In this document: in pieces, positions 19,108 through 27,452 of the stretch | Numbering within the stretch: the stretch's first letter is position 1 | Layout of the letters: every line of letters starts with the position of its first letter | NCBI GenBank assembly: GCA_001792345.1 | Contig: MGGJ01000009.1 | Location: forward strand, 3,711-67,710 | DNA: 64,000 nt | Direction: 5' to 3' | Source of the DNA: Candidatus Woesebacteria bacterium RIFCSPHIGHO2_01_FULL_39_32 | Lineage (GTDB): Bacteria; Patescibacteriota; Microgenomatia; UBA8517 | Position numbers and translations under genes: made by a program | The notes under the pieces: model-generated | The model's database searches: none | The model's input: the letters and a program-made list of their open reading frames with translations, nothing else | Told to the model about the DNA's origin: nothing

Positions 19108-19326
19108 TTATATGGCACAGCCACCAGCTCCCCAATCGTCTTTTTCCTTCACCTCTATCCCTTTTAATTCAGCTATTGTTCCCACTGGTAACCCAGATTT
19201 AACCGCTCCTAAGCTATCTATCACCTCCCCACTACTCATTCTACTCAAAGCCTCAAGATCCTCTGCACTAAGCCTATTTAAATCTTCAGAGCTCAAGGAA
19301 ACGAATGGGCCTTCAATTTCTACCAT
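19108..19326 (-). CDS. Small acidic hypothetical protein/peptide
   Basis: Strong SD (GAGGGGGTGA) before ATG 19326; ends WGAGGCAI. Confidence 0.7.
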   Translation of the reverse strand: MVEIEGPFVSLSSEDLNRLSAEDLEALSRMSSGEVIDSLGAVKSGLPVGTIAELKGIEVKEKDDWGAGGCAI

Positions 19327-19445
19327 TCTTCTCACCCCCTCTCAAAATATTTCGTATTTTATGAGCAAAATAAACATCGTGCTTGACCTCATCTGTCATA
19401 AAATTGATACTTCTGACTGAAAATGTTATTATTCCTGACATTTTT

Positions 19446-20594
19446 ATGGGATACCATTTAAGTAAAATCGACGAGCATATTGCGAGATTTTACGCAAAAC
19501 CCCTTTTTCAATCCGCGCTTCTTGGGGAAAGCCAATTGTGTGTTTGGTTTCCCGCTTCGGGAAAGTCAACTGTTTCAAGAGATATTGCATCTTCCAAAAA
19601 ACTACAAAAGGAAGCTTTGGGGATGCTGTATGGAAGGATAAAATTAATATTTATAAATTGTCTCGAAACTCAGAATGCAACTTCTGAAGAAATTATTAAG
19701 CAAATTTCTAAACGACTTAAAACTCCTGAAGACTCCGAAGACACAATCGGAAAAATATCCCAAAAATGCAAAATTCTTATTGAAAACGGTCAAGAAATAC
19801 TTATCATTATCGATGCTATTGATGAACTCTCGGAAGATGAACGCAAAAGCCTGCTTTTGAATCTCTCAAAAATTGTCCAAATTAATAAACGTAGAATTCA
19901 TACCGTCATAAATACTGTCAATAAATTTGCGATTGAAAAAACCGCGCTAGAAAATCCTTCAGTTTTTGCACTACTAAACAAAATAATCTTTATGCCAGTA
20001 ATTTCAGGAAGTTTATTGTATCAATATTTAGATCATCACGAAAAAGCTTTTGGAGTAAAGTTAAACCCAAATAAAAAGAAAGAAATCGAAGTAAGAACTG
20101 GTGGGATACTTTTCCTCACAAGAGAAATTATTAGGAGTTCCGGAGATGATGGTCAGCTTGAATTAAAACTTCAATCTATATGGAATAGACTTCCCCCTTT
20201 TTATAAAGATGTTCTCAAAAAGTATTATCTAGGTAAAAGATTAGATACTAAAGAAGACAAGGTATACAACGAAATTCAAAAACTCGGTATAGGTAAAATG
20301 GCTATTTTTAAAGAGAAACTTGCACTTTTGGAAAAAGACACCGACTCGCTTTTAAAACAACTACTAACACAAAAAGAAAAGGAAATTTTTACCTATTTCA
20401 AAAAGAACAAGGGAAGGTTGGTTCCCAAAGACAGAATAGCCTCAATTTTGTGGAGAAATAAAGTTGATGAACTTTACTCCGATTGGGCAATAGATAAGAC
20501 CATTTCCCGCCTTCGAGAAAAATTGATAATGGCCGGTTTTGGAAACGATTGTCTTATTACTTTAAAAGGAAAGGGGTATAGATGGCTATTGTAA
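19446..20594 (+). CDS. P-loop (STAND/AAA-like) ATPase with C-terminal OmpR-type wHTH; putative transcription regulator
   Basis: Walker A PASGKST, Walker B ILIIIDAID; C-terminal LTQKE...ILW...SDWAIDKTISRLREKL...TLKGKGY. Probable ATG 19446. Confidence 0.82.
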   Translation: MGYHLSKIDEHIARFYAKPLFQSALLGESQLCVWFPASGKSTVSRDIASSKKLQKEALGMLYGRIKLIFINCLETQNATSEEIIKQISKRLKTPEDSEDTIGKISQKCKILIENGQEILIIIDAIDELSEDERKSLLLNLSKIVQINKRRIHTVINTVNKFAIEKTALENPSVFALLNKIIFMPVISGSLLYQYLDHHEKAFGVKLNPNKKKEIEVRTGGILFLTREIIRSSGDDGQLELKLQSIWNRLPPFYKDVLKKYYLGKRLDTKEDKVYNEIQKLGIGKMAIFKEKLALLEKDTDSLLKQLLTQKEKEIFTYFKKNKGRLVPKDRIASILWRNKVDELYSDWAIDKTISRLREKLIMAGFGNDCLITLKGKGYRWLL

Positions 20595-21556
20595 AAGAAT
20601 ATTTATCACCAATTACTCAAATTGATATTGATCCGCAATCAAAAGAAGGATTAATACATGGCGGAAAACTCGACGTTACTTCATTATTGCTCGAGCGATT
20701 TTCTACTTACGGCGAAAGAATAAATGAAGCCTTTGCAGAAATTATTAATCAAGGAGGAACTTTTCATCTCTTCGGAAACACACTTATCTTAAATTTAGGA
20801 CCAGAAATAGAAGTTATTGATTTCAGGGATACTGCCTCGTATTTCGCATCTGATTCGTTATATAAACCTGTATATGCAGGAAGAGACGAAGAAGGTCAAC
20901 CTCTCACTTTAATAGGCTTAATTAATAATGGTGTATATAACAGAAAAACCCTACTAAAAATTGCGGGACAGATTAGGCGAGACTTAGATTTATCTCTCGA
21001 AGGATTGTCTCTTGACGAAATGCAAAAAATACTTAACAGTCACGAGGTAGTTAGTTCTGACGATCGTTCCATATCCACACCCAACCTGAAATTATTGAGA
21101 ATAGTCAAAAACCACCCGTTTGCACCTGCACAAATAACTATCATTAGACATAACGATAAGGAAAGCTATAGAACTCCTCCTGGGATAAATCTTGACATAG
21201 CTCACGCTGATATAAGCTTAGAAAATGGAAGGCTAGTAGCATCACTGGATGACGAAAATCAAGCTTTAATCGGCTATCCTCCAACAATACGGATTATTAA
21301 TTGGCAACAACTCGAACAAAAGAGACTTGATCAAATTATCGCACGAGGTCTAAGACATGCTCACACAATTATTGTTAACGGTAATCCAATCGATTTATCT
21401 TCTGATTTTGAAGAATACGGATCTGTTTTAGCTGCAAAACAAGATTTTCTTCGACGCGCTAGTGATAATGATCCTTCCATTGAAGCTTTTCAACACGAAA
21501 TTGCTGTTGCAGTTCTTGGTGCAATTAAAAGTAATCTCGATAGAATAAATTGGTGA
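20582..21556 (+). CDS. Hypothetical protein
   Basis: 324 aa ORF overlapping the 3' end of the regulator gene; no motif recognised. Confidence 0.7.
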   Translation: MAIVKEYLSPITQIDIDPQSKEGLIHGGKLDVTSLLLERFSTYGERINEAFAEIINQGGTFHLFGNTLILNLGPEIEVIDFRDTASYFASDSLYKPVYAGRDEEGQPLTLIGLINNGVYNRKTLLKIAGQIRRDLDLSLEGLSLDEMQKILNSHEVVSSDDRSISTPNLKLLRIVKNHPFAPAQITIIRHNDKESYRTPPGINLDIAHADISLENGRLVASLDDENQALIGYPPTIRIINWQQLEQKRLDQIIARGLRHAHTIIVNGNPIDLSSDFEEYGSVLAAKQDFLRRASDNDPSIEAFQHEIAVAVLGAIKSNLDRINW

Positions 21557-21578
21557 ATTAGTATTATAATCATTCAAT

Positions 21579-21872
21579 ATGGCTAAAAGAAGAACAAGAG
21601 CTCAAAAAGAAAGTGCCCGACATTCATTCTCTATCTCATGGTCTCCCAATAATTCCAAAGCTAAAAAAAGTATTTCTGAGCCTGATGTCAAGGGGCAATT
21701 ATTAGATTCCGTTAAACGAACTTCGCAAAAGATTGAAAAAGGTGAAAGTGCCAAATATTCGGAGAAAGATGTTAATTTAGCCTCGATCAAAAAAGATATT
21801 GCACGAAGCCTGATATTAGCAGGCTTCATTCTTACAACGGAGCTAGTGCTATACTTAATATGGAAAGCTTAA
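21579..21872 (+). CDS. Basic hypothetical protein with C-terminal TM helix
   Basis: 97 aa; TATAAT just upstream; hydrophobic C-terminus. Confidence 0.65.
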   Translation: MAKRRTRAQKESARHSFSISWSPNNSKAKKSISEPDVKGQLLDSVKRTSQKIEKGESAKYSEKDVNLASIKKDIARSLILAGFILTTELVLYLIWKA

Positions 21873-22032
21873 GACTTGTTTCAGATCCCCAAGTCTTTGC
21901 ACTTGGGGTGAATGAACCAAGACTAGAAGCCTTCCGCCGTAGGCGGTATCTTTAAAAGATGTTTTAAGCTCAATTGCTTGAAAAAGGCTTCATTACTTTC
22001 CTGCCCTAATGAGAGGAGGTGACGGATAGAAA

Positions 22033-22170
22033 ATGTATTGTGTAAAATGTAGAGCCAAAAGAGAAGGAAAGAATCAGGAAACTGTTACCATGAAGAATGG
22101 AAAGAAAGCCATGCGAGCCGTTTGTGAAGTTTGTGGTACCAAGATGTTCAAGATCATGGGTAACGCCTAA
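22033..22170 (+). CDS. DUF5679 family small zinc-ribbon protein (45 aa)
   Basis: Below the ORF-track cutoff. MYCVKCRAKREGKNQETVTMKNGKKAMRAVCEVCGTKMFKIMGNA has two CxxC pairs; strong SD GAGGAGGTGA. Confidence 0.88.
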   Translation: MYCVKCRAKREGKNQETVTMKNGKKAMRAVCEVCGTKMFKIMGNA

Positions 22171-22194
22171 GATTTTACCTTCTTGAAAATTCTT

Positions 22195-22238
22195 CCAAGA
22201 GTAACCCTGAGCGAAGTCGAAGGGTTTCTCTTGGTTTT
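22195..22238 (+). terminator. Intrinsic terminator containing a REP-like CCCTGAGCGAAGTCGAAGGG element
   Basis: CCAAGAG-T-AACCCT...AGGGTT-T-CTCTTGG followed by TTTT. Confidence 0.7.
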
Positions 22239-22256
22239 AAAAAACTTCCTCATAAG

Positions 22257-22862
22257 ATGAATTATAAATTCGACAAGGTTTTTGAATCCTTTAGTAAAAA
22301 TTACAAACTAGTTCCGCTTGAAGTTTTTAAAAAAGATCCGTACAAAACCTTAATCTCTACTGTACTTTCATCACGCACTAAAGATGAAACAACATCAGAA
22401 GCATCAAAAAGATTATTTAAAGTTGCACCGAATGTTATCCGCTTAAATCAGTTATCAATCCGCGAAATCCAACACCGGATTTATCCGGTGGGATTTTACA
22501 AAACAAAAGCAAGACATTTAAAAATGCTGTCCGAAAGGATTTTAAAGGAATTTAGAGGAGAAATTCCACTTACAGGATCGGATCTTATAAGTCTACCTGG
22601 AGTTGGGATAAAAACGGCAAATCTTGTTCTCAATCGAGCTTTCGATATTCCTGCAATTGCAGTTGATACTCATGTTCACAAAATAAGTAATCTCTTGGGA
22701 TGGGTTAAAACAAAGACACCAGAACAAACTGAAAGAGACCTTGTAAAAATTGTTCCTAAAAAATATTGGAGTGATATGAACCGTCTTTTCGTCTCTATCG
22801 GCCGCCAGTTTACGACAAAGAAAAAGCTTGAAGATTTTTTAAAAGGAGAAGATCTAATATAA
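22257..22862 (+). CDS. nth: Endonuclease III (HhH-GPD), lacking the Fe-S cluster motif
   Basis: LISTVLSSRTKD, LPGVGIKTA and AVDTHV motifs; no C-terminal Cys cluster. Confidence 0.9.
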   Translation: MNYKFDKVFESFSKNYKLVPLEVFKKDPYKTLISTVLSSRTKDETTSEASKRLFKVAPNVIRLNQLSIREIQHRIYPVGFYKTKARHLKMLSERILKEFRGEIPLTGSDLISLPGVGIKTANLVLNRAFDIPAIAVDTHVHKISNLLGWVKTKTPEQTERDLVKIVPKKYWSDMNRLFVSIGRQFTTKKKLEDFLKGEDLI

Positions 22863-22882
22863 GAAAAAACAGAAATATGATT

Positions 22883-22916
22883 CTTTGTTCTACTGTTATA
22901 TAACAGTAGAACAAAG
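22883..22916. repeat. 34-bp perfect palindrome CTTTGTTCTACTGTTAT/ATAACAGTAGAACAAAG
   Basis: Perfect inverted repeat, related to 12179-12208. Confidence 0.9.
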
Positions 22917-22945
22917 TCAATAGTAGTAGGTAGTATAATTATCTC

Positions 22946-23530
22946 ATGAACCAGGTAAAAATATTGGTCAAGGGATATGCAAAACCAAGAGGGGAAGGTT
23001 GGATTGCAACTTCTAATACAATTTTAGTTCAAACGGGTAAGTTAAACATTGTTGTTGATCCTGGAGTTAATAAAAAGCTTCTTTTAAAAAATTTAAAAAA
23101 AGTAAATCTTAAAACTTCAGATGTAGATTATGTATTTATGACTCATTACCACCCTGATCATGTATTTTTGGCGAGTTTATTTGAAAAGGCAAAAGTATTA
23201 GATGGAGACACTATTTATGAAGATGATAAAGAAACTCCTTTTGAAAATTTTTTACCATCAACAAATATTGAAGTCTTTCCAACTCCTGGACACGCCCATG
23301 AACATGCTTCCCTCCTCGTACAAACAAAAGACAAAGGCAAAATTGTCGTCGCAGGAGATGTTTTTTGGTGGATGGATAATGAGAAACAAAGGATAGACGA
23401 AAAGTCACTATTAGCCAAAAAGGATCCATTTACTAAAGATTGGGAAGCTTTGCAAGAAAGTAGAAAGAAAATCCTTAAAATTGCCGACTGGATAATCCCG
23501 GGGCACGGTAAAACATTCCGAGTAAGATGA
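22946..23530 (+). CDS. MBL-fold metallo-hydrolase
   Basis: THYHPDH, TPGH, AGD and IPGHG motifs. Confidence 0.92.
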   Translation: MNQVKILVKGYAKPRGEGWIATSNTILVQTGKLNIVVDPGVNKKLLLKNLKKVNLKTSDVDYVFMTHYHPDHVFLASLFEKAKVLDGDTIYEDDKETPFENFLPSTNIEVFPTPGHAHEHASLLVQTKDKGKIVVAGDVFWWMDNEKQRIDEKSLLAKKDPFTKDWEALQESRKKILKIADWIIPGHGKTFRVR

Positions 23531-24229
23531 CAGAATTAGAAGATGGCTTTGCAAGACAGCTGGAGGTGGATCAACAACGAGCCTTAGAACTTATTAAACC
23601 GGAATCAACTGCAGCTACGATAATTACAGGTCTTTATCCCCTGCTTAGGGGAAGACTTTATCCAGAAGGAAAAAGTGGAGAGATTTCCTTGGCGGTTAGA
23701 AGATTGCATTGAAGGAGAAATCCCTTTTAACCTTTTAGCAGTTTTGGTTCAGCAAACCACCAAAACAGAACTTCCGTATGTAGTTAGGGCTATCGAGGCG
23801 ATTCGTAAACCTGGGATAAATATTGTCTCAACGGCCATCCTGGTGGATTGGCCTGAAAAATCATCAAGAACGATTATAGAGCCTGCCGAAAATTATGAGG
23901 CAAAAGATAAAGTTATGGAAACGGGGGTGTTTGATAGAATCAAAAATGTAAATTTCGAATTCGAGGATTTAGATAATTTAGATCCAAAATTACTTGGTTG
24001 GTTAGTAAATTTTTATAGTCGCCAGAGGACAATGGCCGATGTCAAGCGAGTGATAGGCTTCGAAGCCAAATTTGATTTAGCAATGAGACAAAAAATCGGA
24101 AGAATTATATCCTTCGCCTCAAAAAACGGTTTCTCACTTAGGTTAACTACAGAGCTTAATCCTAATCTTTTAAGATGCTATGGCCAGGATATTTATTTAG
24201 CAAATTTAGATGTAAAACCCAAAGCATAA
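23527..24229 (+). pseudogene. Hypothetical gene apparently split by a +1 frameshift (ORFs 23527..23712 and 23675..24229)
   Basis: Two overlapping ORFs that join in frame if one A is removed from the A5 run at 23670-23674. Confidence 0.5.
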
Positions 24230-24259
24230 AATCCGCGAAGAAGTTTTAAAAAAACAGGT

Positions 24260-24946
24260 TTAGAAATCCTCTTCAATGATTTGTCCTTCCTCAATTTCCG
24301 AATTACCCAATCCTCGATACAGCTTAGCAATAATCCACCCGCTTGCAAATCCCCCGACATGTGCCCAAAAGGCAACGCCGCCCGTTTGGGCAATTGCTAT
24401 TGATCCTACTCCTGAAAATAGCTGAGTTATAAACCAGTACAAAAGCATGATGGACGCAGGAATATTTACGGTTGTTATAAAAAATCCTAACGGCACAAGA
24501 GTTTCAATCCTATGGTGTGGGAAAAATACTAAATATGCTCCCAAAACTCCAGCTACTGCGGCCGAAGCGCCAAGCATGGGTATAGTTGAATCAACTGCAA
24601 AAAGATATTGAATAAAAATTCCAACCGTTCCCGTAAGAAGATAGATAAAAAGGTATTGTATGTGCCCAAATCTTTCCTCAACATTGTCCCCAAAAATTTT
24701 TAAAAACCACATGTTGGAAATTATGTGTAAAAATCCTCCATGCAAAAATTGGCTGGTTATAAAAGGAATAAGCGTAAGATAATTTGAAAAATTAATCTTA
24801 GCGGGAATTAAAGCGTAGCTTTCTATAAATGCATCGGGCTTCACGGAAGTTATCTCAAGAAAGAAAACTACAACGTTAATAATAATAATTACATAAGTTA
24901 TTAGTGGAATAATCTTAGCTTTTTGTGTATCACGAAGAGGAAACAT
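24260..24946 (-). CDS. Rhomboid intramembrane serine protease
   Basis: FLHGGFLHIISNM, GASAA and AFWAHVGG motifs. Confidence 0.95.
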   Translation of the reverse strand: MFPLRDTQKAKIIPLITYVIIIINVVVFFLEITSVKPDAFIESYALIPAKINFSNYLTLIPFITSQFLHGGFLHIISNMWFLKIFGDNVEERFGHIQYLFIYLLTGTVGIFIQYLFAVDSTIPMLGASAAVAGVLGAYLVFFPHHRIETLVPLGFFITTVNIPASIMLLYWFITQLFSGVGSIAIAQTGGVAFWAHVGGFASGWIIAKLYRGLGNSEIEEGQIIEEDF

Positions 24947-24949
24947 GAT

Positions 24950-25591
24950 TTAATATGCCGTAATTGCTACTGCGAATGTGTTTTGAGCGTAGATGCAGCC
25001 CCATACAAATTCTCCACCTTCCAAAAGTTTTTTATGTCCCAAAGTGTTCTCCCAGAGTGCTACGGTTTCTTCGGGCGTATCTCCGCCTACTGCCAAAAAT
25101 TCTGCAAGCGTAGAGTATTTTTCAAAAATCCATTTCAAATCGGAACGTCTCTCCAGCATATTACTAAAACCTTCATGACCATCAAGTTTTCCTAATTCTA
25201 ACAGTTCATTTAATCGAATCGAGGCAATTGTACATAGTTCATCTCTTTGTTGGAGTGGGTTAACCCCAAGTTCACCTCTTTTCTTATTAACAGCCTCCCA
25301 CAATTCAGGTCCACCCCAATCTATCTTTTGAACCGAAGTAGGTCGTGGAAGAGAAGTCGGTTTAGCTTGGGGAGTCGGCGAAATCGTGGGGCTTACAGAA
25401 ACTTGAACTTTCTCTTGATTTAGATATGCAATTAATTGCTCCTCGCCTCTTTTTTTCCCAGCGACATATCCTTGCATCATACCTAAAATATATACAGCAA
25501 CAAAAAGAGTGATAATTATCGAAACGCTGATTACTGAAAGAATACTATTTAATATATCTTTGATCGAAAAATTTAGCTTAAATAAGTTCAT
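24950..25591 (-). CDS. CAP/SCP-domain membrane-anchored protein
   Basis: TM, Pro/Thr linker, then NxxR...L...LC..A..R...H...E..A...W....GH. Confidence 0.8.
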   Translation of the reverse strand: MNLFKLNFSIKDILNSILSVISVSIIITLFVAVYILGMMQGYVAGKKRGEEQLIAYLNQEKVQVSVSPTISPTPQAKPTSLPRPTSVQKIDWGGPELWEAVNKKRGELGVNPLQQRDELCTIASIRLNELLELGKLDGHEGFSNMLERRSDLKWIFEKYSTLAEFLAVGGDTPEETVALWENTLGHKKLLEGGEFVWGCIYAQNTFAVAITAY

Positions 25592-26025
25592 AGAATTATT
25601 GTTACAGGCCCATCAAGTTCTATTGAAATCTTCATGTAATCTCCGAAGCTTCCCGTCTCTACTTTAACTTGAAGACTTTTGAGTTTTTCCACAAAACGAT
25701 TATAAAGTTTTTCGGCAGCTTCAGGAAAAGCTGCTTTAATAAATGATGGCCTGTTACCTCCGGAGGTATCTGCATATAGTGTGAACTGCGATACCACCAA
25801 AACTTGTGCATTTAAATCCTTCACCGACAAGTTCATTTTGTCATTGGAATCCGACATAATGCGTAATTTTGAAAGCTTATCGGCTAATACTTCCGCATCC
25901 TTTTCCGAATCATTTTCACCTATACCTACTAGAACGAATAAACCTTTTCCTATTTTGCCAACTATCTTTCCTGTTTCAACAATCACAACTTCGGCGCTTT
26001 CAACTCGTTGAACCACAAGTCTCAT
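25588..26025 (-). CDS. dtd: D-aminoacyl-tRNA deacylase
   Basis: MRLVVQRV, SQFTL and DGPVT motifs; start ATG 26025. Confidence 0.96.
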   Translation of the reverse strand: MRLVVQRVESAEVVIVETGKIVGKIGKGLFVLVGIGENDSEKDAEVLADKLSKLRIMSDSNDKMNLSVKDLNAQVLVVSQFTLYADTSGGNRPSFIKAAFPEAAEKLYNRFVEKLKSLQVKVETGSFGDYMKISIELDGPVTIIL

Positions 26026-26063
26026 ATGCATATTGTACAAAATATTACCTAGATTGCGTAGTT

Positions 26064-26288
26064 TTAGGGGTTTTTAGGAGAATTTTTATTATTATCGAGT
26101 ATTTCCCAAAAATACTTAATCAAAAAGACAATCCAACCAATAACTATAATTAAAAATATTGCATTAAAAATAATCCCCTCAGGTCGAATATATGCATACA
26201 AAATCCCAATCACAAAAATAAATAAAAGTCCTCCCACAAAAACGAAGTACTCGGCAATAAATCTTAACAGTTTCTTTAAAATATTCAT
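26064..26288 (-). CDS. Small membrane protein (2 TM)
   Basis: 74 aa hydrophobic ORF. Confidence 0.6.
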   Translation of the reverse strand: MNILKKLLRFIAEYFVFVGGLLFIFVIGILYAYIRPEGIIFNAIFLIIVIGWIVFLIKYFWEILDNNKNSPKNP

Positions 26289-26374
26289 GACTCTTTTAAT
26301 TTTACCATTCAGATAGCAAGTATTCGAGACAATAATCTATTAATACACCAGTTGTTTTTTGTTAGAATACGCTT

Positions 26375-27064
26375 ATGTACACGTATTCTAAAGAGAATGC
26401 TGAGACTTATAGCCAACTAGGTATTAAAGGAACAACTTACGAGCCTGGTTTTAACGAAGCTAGCAAAATTCTGGGAGATTTAACAGGTAAGGTTGCTCTG
26501 GATTTTGGTTCTGGTGCCGGTAGAACTGCACAGTTGTTGTTATCCATGGGTGCTAAGAAAGTTGTGGGAATAGATCATAGTCAAATCATGATCGAACAAG
26601 TCAAGAGATTAGAGAGTAATAAACTGAAGTTCGTAAAGATTGATGAGAAAATTCCTTTTTATAATAACACTTTTGACGTATCTCTATGTGCTCATGTATT
26701 TGTGGAAGTAAGCAGTTTGGAAGAAATGACACAAATATCAAATGAGGTATTTAGAGTGTTAAAACCAGGAGGACTTTGGGTAATTATTACTAATAATTCT
26801 AAAGCCATTGGTAGAGAATATATTAGCTATGGTTATAAAAAGAAAAATAATTTAAAAAGTGGTGATGAAATTACCTGCACTATTAAAAAAGGAGATGATG
26901 GTTTTGATATAGGTGATTACTACTGGTCAGAAGAGGATTATAAAAGAGTTTTAGAAAAGGTAGGATTTAAGGTAGAATCAATGACTTTTCCAAAAATGAC
27001 TGGTGACGGCTGGTTGGATGAAACTGAAGTTGCTCCACATGTTGTAATAAAGTGTTTCAAATAA
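26375..27064 (+). CDS. Class I SAM-dependent methyltransferase
   Basis: LDFGSGAG, VGIDxS and RVLKPGG motifs. Confidence 0.92.
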   Translation: MYTYSKENAETYSQLGIKGTTYEPGFNEASKILGDLTGKVALDFGSGAGRTAQLLLSMGAKKVVGIDHSQIMIEQVKRLESNKLKFVKIDEKIPFYNNTFDVSLCAHVFVEVSSLEEMTQISNEVFRVLKPGGLWVIITNNSKAIGREYISYGYKKKNNLKSGDEITCTIKKGDDGFDIGDYYWSEEDYKRVLEKVGFKVESMTFPKMTGDGWLDETEVAPHVVIKCFK

Positions 27065-27162
27065 CAGTTACATTTTAAAATTGCTTAAATAATAACTAAG
27101 AATCAACTAATTAATATCACAAAATACCATCACCGAAAATAGTTTTTTTAATTTACTCCATT

Positions 27163-27390
27163 CTATCTTCTGTCTCTTTTCCAAACATGCGTAATAATGT
27201 AATCCCCCGATCTGGTGTTAACCTTGTAAAATAATCCTACTTCGTAACTAGTGTATCTTTTTACTAATACTTCAGCACCCGAAGGTAGTATTACGACTTT
27301 TCCATTATGTAATACCTCGGATACCTTTGCTTCACTCAACCCAATTCGCTTCATTTTATCAATTGTCTTTTCCGGAAAATACACTCCCAT
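27163..27390 (-). CDS. Small protein resembling the DUF4258/BrnT-RelE-like fold
   Basis: F...TIDKMKRIGLSE..V..VL..G...YIITHVWKR pattern. Confidence 0.5.
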   Translation of the reverse strand: MGVYFPEKTIDKMKRIGLSEAKVSEVLHNGKVVILPSGAEVLVKRYTSYEVGLFYKVNTRSGDYIITHVWKRDRR

Positions 27391-27452
27391 ATTTTGAATC
27401 TTACGCCCAGCTGTTAATCTAGGAATACAAGTTACGGAATCTTACTTTTTAC

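Noticed and set aside
18698-19420. Plus-strand ORFs 18698..18976 and 19070..19420
   Set aside because: Weak starts and overlap with better supported minus-strand small genes.
18766-21910. 14-bp direct repeat TTGCACTTGGGGTG (18766-18779, 21897-21910) as possible att sites around the ATPase-wHTH region
   Set aside because: Matches this short are expected by chance in 64 kb; no integrase nearby; one copy is part of a hairpin and the other a promoter spacer.
12179-22916. Palindromes as CRISPR repeats
   Set aside because: Isolated copies 10.7 kb apart, with no spacer array and no cas genes.
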